From Methanosarcinales archaeon (lineage in GTDB: Archaea > Halobacteriota > Methanosarcinia > Methanosarcinales > Methanogasteraceae): a stretch of DNA of 32,058 nt. Within the stretch, counting starts at the first letter, position 1, and each line of letters begins with the position of its first letter. Of the stretch, positions 26,885-32,058 are shown in pieces. The notes beneath the pieces are model-generated. The model was not told the origin of the DNA. It did no database searches and saw only the letters and a program-made list of their open reading frames with translations. Location of the stretch: contig QMVM01000001.1 of the NCBI GenBank assembly GCA_003661105.1, forward strand, positions 1-32,058, in the 5' to 3' direction. A program made the translations under genes and the position numbers.

Positions 26885-27724
26885 ATGATGAAAGTTTACG
26901 CAGTGCTTGGCGATCCGATCAGCCACAGCAAGTCTCCTGCTATGCATAACGCGGCATTCGGGGCACTTGGGATGCCGTGCACATACCACGCGTTTCGGGT
27001 GCGCCCATCAGACCTTAAAGATGCGATATACGGAGCAAAAGCACTCGGGTTTGGCGGACTTAACCTGACCATCCCGCTCAAAGAAGATGCGCTGAAATAC
27101 GTCGAACCCGATCCGATCGCAGCGCGGATCGGTGCTGTAAATACGATCGACTTCGCTGACGGAATCACCGGGCACAACACAGATGGAATCGGCGCGATGC
27201 ATGCGCTTGAGGATGCTGGCGTCCCGGTTGCAGGCAGAAATATCCTGATCATCGGCGCGGGTGGTGCGGCGCGGGCGATTGCGTTTCAGTTCGGGTACAG
27301 CGGCGGGGATATCGTTATCGCGAACAGGACAAAGGAACGAGCAGACAGGCTTGCCCGCGATGTGAGGGGCGGACTATCCGAACTCGGGAAAACCCCCTCG
27401 ATCGAGAGCATCGGGCTTGGCGCGATACCAGAGAAGATCGCTGACGCGGACATCCTGATCAATGCCACATCGATCGGGATGCATCCCAATATCGATGCAA
27501 CACCAGTGCCCGCAGGTCTCCTGCGCCCCGGACTTGCCGTGTTCGATATCGTATACAACCCCCGCCGCACAAGACTGCTCCTGGAAGCAGAGCAGAAGGG
27601 CGCCACCATCGTCGAAGGTGTGCGAATGCTCGTGCATCAGGGCGCGGAGGCGTTTTTGATATGGACTGGAAGAGAGCCGCCTGTTGATGTGATGGTTGAG
27701 GCGGTGGTTCGGGAACTGCGGTAA
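26885..27724 (+). CDS. aroE: Shikimate dehydrogenase
   Basis: 279 aa with GDPISHSKSPAMHNAAF, NLTIPLK, NTD and GAGGAARA motifs. Confidence 0.92.
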   Translation: MMKVYAVLGDPISHSKSPAMHNAAFGALGMPCTYHAFRVRPSDLKDAIYGAKALGFGGLNLTIPLKEDALKYVEPDPIAARIGAVNTIDFADGITGHNTDGIGAMHALEDAGVPVAGRNILIIGAGGAARAIAFQFGYSGGDIVIANRTKERADRLARDVRGGLSELGKTPSIESIGLGAIPEKIADADILINATSIGMHPNIDATPVPAGLLRPGLAVFDIVYNPRRTRLLLEAEQKGATIVEGVRMLVHQGAEAFLIWTGREPPVDVMVEAVVRELR

Positions 27725-27770
27725 AGTGTAGTGGGAAAGGTTCCGGGCTTGGGGGTGGTTTTGCGGGTGA

Positions 27771-29108
27771 TTAGAAATCATCTATGTCACACGCAACAAA
27801 CCCCTTGTCCACCAGATTGTCCTTCCCTTCGATCTTCCTTGCCACAATCCCGAAATATTCTTTCCGAGAATCGCTGTTCCACTGCACGGATTTCGCCTTC
27901 TCCGATAAGTCCTCGAGTATTTTCTCTGCCTGCCAACAAGTCAAATTCTGCCATTTACATTCAACAAACAATATCTCTTTTGTTGCATCGCGTAAGGCGA
28001 CAACATCGATTTCCTGGTCCTTGTGCCACCACTTTCCAATTTTTGAGAAACCGAATATCCGGTCTCTTTCTTTTATCAAAAATTGCCTGACAACCTCCTC
28101 AAAAACACCGCCCAAATAAGTACTGTAATCTTCCTTAACGACGTTTATATCAAATATGCCCTCTTCAATAGAACTCAAATTCGGATAAATATACCTGAAC
28201 CAGAATTTAAGGAAATTATCGTTTAAATAATATCTGCCAAGCCTCGATTTTGGATTCTCAGTAACCGGAACAGCTCTTTTGATCATCCCGACTTCGATCA
28301 GATTCCTTAAATAAGGGCTGATATCTGTCCTTTTTACCTTTATAAAATTCTTAATCTCGTTTAACTTTGTTTTCCCGTGAGCGATGGCTTCCAGTATTAG
28401 TTTGTAGGTGCTCACATCTTTAAATTCGTATCGCATAAGAAAATCCACTTCATCCCCCAAAATACTTCGTTTTTTCGTTAGTTCTCCCTCCAACCACTGC
28501 CAAAAAGGTTTATCTATCTCTATCAGGTAAAACGGAATCCCGTCTGCAAAACCGTAAATTTCAACAAGTTCTCTGGTTCCTGCCACCGGAAAAAATCTTT
28601 CAAGATCAAAGAAAGAGACTGCTTTAAGCTCTATAGAACCTGTTCTCCGCCCATAAAGTGGGCTGGCGTAATCAAGCACCCTGGATGTCATTATGGAGAC
28701 TGAAGAGCCGAGCAAAAAGAGTTTCAATTCTGAGTCCTTGAGCGTGATGTCTATGATCGATTGGAATATGTTGAGGATATTTGCATCTTCGTGGATCATA
28801 TTCTGGAATTCATCGATAACAACGACTTCTGTCTTGTTTTCCAGAAATTCAAAGAGGACTTCCCAATCGGTTTTTAATTTTGAAACTTCTGGATAGTGAC
28901 GGGCGCAAAGGGAGTGAAACCTATCCAGATTTCTCGCACCAACAGCCAGATAATATATTCTTCCTATGTTTTCGGTTGCTTTCAGGATTAATTCTGTTTT
29001 GCCGATTCTTCTCCGGCCATAAAGGATTATGAACTCAAATCTGCGGCTGTTCAAAACATCGCTCAATTCAGACAGTTCTTTTTCCCGGTTCTTGAACTGT
29101 ATAATCAT
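27771..29108 (-). CDS. Archaeal ATPase (Arch_ATPase/AAA) with a C-terminal DUF234 wHTH and PD-(D/E)xK-like module
   Basis: Walker A is LYGRRRIGKTEL and Walker B is VVVIDEFQ. The C-terminus QEIDVVALRDATKEILFVECKWQ fits a D...ExK nuclease-like motif. The gene looks clearly AT-richer than the flanking aroE and purP. Confidence 0.8.
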   Translation of the reverse strand: MIIQFKNREKELSELSDVLNSRRFEFIILYGRRRIGKTELILKATENIGRIYYLAVGARNLDRFHSLCARHYPEVSKLKTDWEVLFEFLENKTEVVVIDEFQNMIHEDANILNIFQSIIDITLKDSELKLFLLGSSVSIMTSRVLDYASPLYGRRTGSIELKAVSFFDLERFFPVAGTRELVEIYGFADGIPFYLIEIDKPFWQWLEGELTKKRSILGDEVDFLMRYEFKDVSTYKLILEAIAHGKTKLNEIKNFIKVKRTDISPYLRNLIEVGMIKRAVPVTENPKSRLGRYYLNDNFLKFWFRYIYPNLSSIEEGIFDINVVKEDYSTYLGGVFEEVVRQFLIKERDRIFGFSKIGKWWHKDQEIDVVALRDATKEILFVECKWQNLTCWQAEKILEDLSEKAKSVQWNSDSRKEYFGIVARKIEGKDNLVDKGFVACDIDDF

Positions 29109-29190
29109 CGTTATACTAATTGCAATTATACTATTTAAGATTTCTGAACTGTCGTAAGTTGTTCAGGACAAAGCTGCTAAAGCACTGGAA

Positions 29191-30210
29191 CTACGACACA
29201 ACATCCCCGAGCCGCTCCATCTCGATCGCAAGCTTGATCTCCTGCGCGATCCTTTTTCCGGTGGATAGATCGGGTTCGATCAGATCAGAGTATGGCGAGC
29301 CGGATATGAAGAGATTCGTACCCGCAACGATCCGGGCTGATATCTCGAAGACCTTGAACTCGAGCGTGTCGGTGCAGATCGTTTCGAGGCAGAACGGACC
29401 GATCATCCCGCCAAAGAGTTCGATCGACCGTGCAACGACTCTCTCGCCGAGATCAAAGACCTTTGGCAGTAACGACTCCCGCAGAACCATCGGCAGGTTG
29501 CCTGTGACCACAAAACTTGGATCGATGCCCGAAGACGCACCGATCTTGTAGAGTTCGTCGATGTTGGACTCGATCCGTCTGTCGATTCCAAGTAGTTCGA
29601 GCGTACCATCTCCGACACGGTAACCATCAGTTCTGAGCGGAGAGTAGAAGAAGTGTAGATAGTATCTCGACCCGAGCACGAATTCCTGAATCACGTGCTC
29701 CTGACCAGTTTCGATCTGTGCTTCAAATTCCTCTTTGTTATTCGCTATGAAAAACCCGCGCCCGCCTTTTGCGCCATGATACTTCACGATCACAGGGCGA
29801 TCGATCCCATCAGGCGACGAAAACTCAGACGGTACGGGAACGCCTGCGCTTGTGAGCCAGTCGCGCTCCTTTACCCGGTCAGATTCCCATTCGAGTACCG
29901 CCTTGTTACCGAAACTCGGAATCTCAAGGCGCGCAAAGTCTGACGCGCCGAGGTACTCAACAAAGGACCCGTGAGGGATGATGATTACATTTTTCTCGAT
30001 TAATTCAGGAGTTTTTTCGACTATCTCCTGATACGAGTTGACAGAAAAGAATTCATCCGGCTTTGCTCTCGGAAATGCGTCATAAAATTTAGGAGGCTTT
30101 CCGAGACAGATGCCAAGCGTTTTAAACCCCTCTTTGCGCGCGCCGTCGAATATCTGGAGGCTTGTGTGCGAGCAGACCGTGGCAATGGTTGGAATGTTGT
30201 TTCCTGTCAT
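29191..30210 (-). CDS. purP: 5-formaminoimidazole-4-carboxamide ribonucleotide (FAICAR) synthetase PurP
   Basis: 339 aa. The N-terminus IATVCSHTSLQIFDGARKEGFKTLGIC and the ATP-grasp body are typical of archaeal PurP. Confidence 0.85.
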   Translation of the reverse strand: MTGNNIPTIATVCSHTSLQIFDGARKEGFKTLGICLGKPPKFYDAFPRAKPDEFFSVNSYQEIVEKTPELIEKNVIIIPHGSFVEYLGASDFARLEIPSFGNKAVLEWESDRVKERDWLTSAGVPVPSEFSSPDGIDRPVIVKYHGAKGGRGFFIANNKEEFEAQIETGQEHVIQEFVLGSRYYLHFFYSPLRTDGYRVGDGTLELLGIDRRIESNIDELYKIGASSGIDPSFVVTGNLPMVLRESLLPKVFDLGERVVARSIELFGGMIGPFCLETICTDTLEFKVFEISARIVAGTNLFISGSPYSDLIEPDLSTGKRIAQEIKLAIEMERLGDVVS

Positions 30211-30248
30211 GGATGCAGCGGGTTGGTATGTAGGCGGGTATGTAAGTA

Positions 30249-30321
30249 GGCCGGGGCCGGGATTTGAACCCGGGTCGTGGGATCCACAGTCCCATAGGAT
30301 GACCAGCTACCCTACCCCAGC
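30249..30321 (-). tRNA. tRNA-His (anticodon GUG)
   Basis: The minus strand reads GCTGGGGTAGGGTAGCTGGTCATCCTATGGGACTGTGGATCCCACGACCCGGGTTCAAATCCCGGCCCCGGCC. It folds with a 7-bp acceptor stem, anticodon stem UGGGA/UCCCA, loop CUGUGGA, T-arm CCGGG-TTCAAAT-CCCGG and discriminator C. Neither CCA nor G-1 is encoded. Confidence 0.85.
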
Positions 30322-30356
30322 ATTGTGGTTGGGTGTCAATCATAAGATTGCTTGAG

Positions 30357-30366
30357 AATATAAAAA
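30357..30366 (-). promoter_or_regulatory. TATA-box-like element upstream of tRNA-His
   Basis: The minus strand reads TTTTTATATT about 36-45 nt upstream of the mature tRNA 5' end. Confidence 0.4.
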
Positions 30367-30369
30367 GGT

Positions 30370-31016
30370 TGGCTTGCAGCGGGGGTGCGCCAGCGTAAAT
30401 GTTCCTCGTGTTCTTCGTATGATCTGGTAAGTTGCGATATATCAGCGACTATCTGAGCCAGGCATACACCAAGATCGGTACGAATACGGTGGAAAAATGA
30501 AATTATTGTAATCCGTGTAGTGGCTTCGGCGTTGTTTCGCAGACCGTGGCTGATAGGGCTTTTAGCCACAGATTAACACTGGAGCGCCGAGATAAATTCA
30601 CACTCGCCAGCTGGTGAAAATCCGAGCCTCGAGGAAAGGATAGCCACCACCTCCTAACTGAACCCCGCACCCGGTCCGGTAACGGACTGATGTGAGGCCG
30701 GGGGGATGGGATACCAGGCCACAACGAAGGGTGTTCGGTTATAAGCCCGAAATTCTGATGATTCCGGAAGCCGACGTCTTCAGTGTGACGGAAACGCTGC
30801 ATTCACACCACCGTTAGTCGGGTCCTCCGGTCTTGGAATATAGCAGAGAGTTCTGGGGCATTGCGAGGTGATGGGAGTCAGAGCGCGGTCTCGGACCATA
30901 GCACGGTATCAATGGGGGTGCTTGGGTTCTCGGGATGCCCAATATGCTCTCTCCGTAGTAAGAGTATGCGTTATCAAGCCTATAAACGGCAAGATACCGC
31001 AAATGGCGTATTGGGA
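30370..31016 (+). ncRNA. Unassigned ~650-nt structured noncoding region (candidate group II intron domains I-III on the plus strand, or another large RNA)
   Basis: It has no credible ORF and many local helices. The stable-class tetraloops appear only on the plus-strand reading: gC-UUCG-Gc at 30523-30530 and GUCCG-GUAA-CGGAC at 30674-30687. GUGCG lies at 30385-30389. See findings. Confidence 0.35.
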
Positions 31017-31061
31017 GTAGCAGATTAAGAATAGGGCGGTTACCCGCCCTTTCTCATCTCA

Positions 31062-31095
31062 GAACGGTGCGTGAGACTTTCACCTCACACCGCTC
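31062..31095 (-). ncRNA. Group II intron domain V
   Basis: The minus strand reads GAGCGGUGUGAGGU-GAAA-GUCUCACGCACCGUUC. It is 34 nt, with the AGC catalytic triad, a 2-nt bulge and a GAAA tetraloop. Domain VI follows at about 31020-31058 (GAUGAGAAAGGGCGG-GUAA-CCGCCCUAUUCUUAAUC, with a bulged A). Confidence 0.88.
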
Positions 31096-31706
31096 AAGCA
31101 TTTCATAACCCTTTCAGTACCTGGGCGGCTGTTTGGTCCTATAATCCCAGCATTCATGCACATAGTCCAACCTTTTGGTTTATCCCATCTCGTCTTGTAC
31201 CAGTTACTTAGTTTCAGAGCCTTCTGTCTGAGTTTCCCCGGTTTAAAGTACTTTAGATCGAGATATGGATTTTTATCCAGCTTCAGACCGATATGTCTAA
31301 CAATCTTCATATCTGAAAAGCGTTTTAGCCGGTTCTTCTTCATAGAGAACACCCAGTTTCGCATCCCAATGCTATGCCAGTACTTTCTGGCAATCCACTT
31401 CTTGGATTTGTTCGGATGTCTCCTCTTAGCCCATCTCCAGAGCATATTCCAGACAGTACTGTCTAATTTGCTGAATACCTATTTAGATACGACTGAACGA
31501 TGGTAATTCGACCAGCCAGTAATGATGGGATTCAGAGCATTGATGAGGTCCTCCTGTTTCCAAGCTTTCGCTCGTTTGATCACGTCACTGATCTTTCGAG
31601 TGACTTTCTCAATCGACTTCCTGGATGACTTTTGGCATAATCCAAACCATGATATATACCACCGATGAAGACGGTGATGTTCCGCAGGTTGAGATCTGGG
31701 TTTCAC
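31080..31706 (-). pseudogene. Group II intron-encoded protein, C-terminal (thumb/maturase X domain) remnant with an in-frame TAG
   Basis: Track ORFs 31479-31706 and 31080-31445 are in the same frame. They read ...LINALNPIITGWSNYHRSVVSK*VFSKLDSTVWNMLWRWAKRRHPNKSKKWIARKYWH..., with TAG at 31481-31479. The LNPIIxGWxNYxR and WAxRRHPxKS motifs are typical of the maturase domain. RT motifs 1-6 are absent. Confidence 0.78.
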
Positions 31707-31789
31707 GGGCTAATATCGAGTGGCACATCCTCGATCTCCCGATTGGGCGTGGCGCGGGCTGAATTATAAAATTGTCTAAAAATTAAGTT

Positions 31790-31814
31790 GGTGAGACACT
31801 ATATGCATCTCACC
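31790..31814 (-). terminator. Hairpin plus U-run downstream of tfb
   Basis: The minus strand reads GGUGAGA-UGCAUAUAGUG-UCUCACC, followed within 8 nt by UUUUU. It lies about 65 nt after the tfb stop. Confidence 0.35.
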
Positions 31815-31877
31815 TTCCCGTATCACAATCACATAACACGAAGCACCAGCGAAACCCCTTAGCACCCCCACCCGGGA

Positions 31878-32058
31878 TCACAGTATGATCTCGATGTCCA
31901 GTTCCTCTGCGAGTTCCTTGTACCGGTTGCGGATCGTCACCTCGGTGACACCGGCAACCTCTGCCACCTCTCTCTGGGTCCTGCGCTGATCGCACTCGAT
32001 TGATGCTATGTATATCGCAGCAGCAGCAACTCCGGTAGGTCCGCGTCCGCTCGTAAGC
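31878..32058 (-). CDS. tfb: Transcription initiation factor B (TFB), C-terminal part; the N-terminus lies beyond the window
   Basis: My translation is ...[56 protein letters not shown], the second cyclin repeat with the HTH of archaeal TFB. It is absent from the ORF track because it has no start in the window. Confidence 0.88.
   Translation of the reverse strand, partial: LTSGRGPTGVAAAAIYIASIECDQRRTQREVAEVAGVTEVTIRNRYKELAEELDIEIIL

Larger units (their letters stand above)
31017..31740 (-). mobile_element. Group II intron, 5'-truncated 3' fragment (partial IEP ORF, domain V, domain VI)
   Basis: The maturase-domain ORF, a canonical domain V and a domain VI with a bulged A are all on the minus strand. 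The RT domain and domains I-III are missing upstream, where the tfb terminator and tfb gene follow at 31790 onward. Confidence 0.8.

Noticed and set aside
30620-30770. RNase P RNA-like strings: GAGGAAAGG on the plus strand, and CAGAAUUUCGGGCUUAUAACC on the minus strand resembling the CR-V ACAGAACCCGGCUUA
   Set aside because: The two look-alike motifs are on opposite strands. The universal GAGGAAAGUCC is not present, and other conserved regions (GGUAAGAGC and others) are absent.

Overview
The window is a chromosomal segment of a methanogenic euryarchaeon, probably Methanomicrobia. The taxon is inferred only from gene content: F430 genes cfbA/cfbE, archaeal LeuRS, TFB, PurP, prefoldin alpha and ribosomal protein LX. 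Most of it is a housekeeping backbone: cfbE, cfbA, pyk, leuS, rplX-pfdA-ftsY, thrC, serA, trpB2, aroE, purP, tRNA-His and tfb.

Several decayed or accessory insertions interrupt this backbone:
- A ~2.2 kb islet is bracketed by an 87-bp direct repeat that duplicates the 3' end of a membrane-protein gene. It carries a cysteine-peptidase-like gene that is 5'-truncated and interrupted by TAG.
- A frameshifted N-terminal stub of an IS110-family transposase sits with its upstream noncoding leader.
- A ~1.19 kb IS has ~36-bp imperfect terminal inverted repeats and two transposase ORFs offset by -1 just after an A6 run.
- A low-GC hicB-hicA pair lies next to that IS.
- A solo low-GC Arch-ATPase/DUF234 gene sits between aroE and purP.
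- Next to tRNA-His is a 5'-truncated group II intron with a textbook domain V/VI and a maturase-domain ORF interrupted by TAG.

The least explained stretch is the ~650-nt ORF-free, helix-dense region at 30370-31016. It lies between the tRNA-His promoter and the intron 3' end. Its stable tetraloops read correctly only on the plus strand, opposite to the intron fragment, and it begins with GUGCG. I could not assign it by eye.

No CRISPR array or rRNA was seen. All calls come from reading the sequence and the ORF translations; no searches were run.
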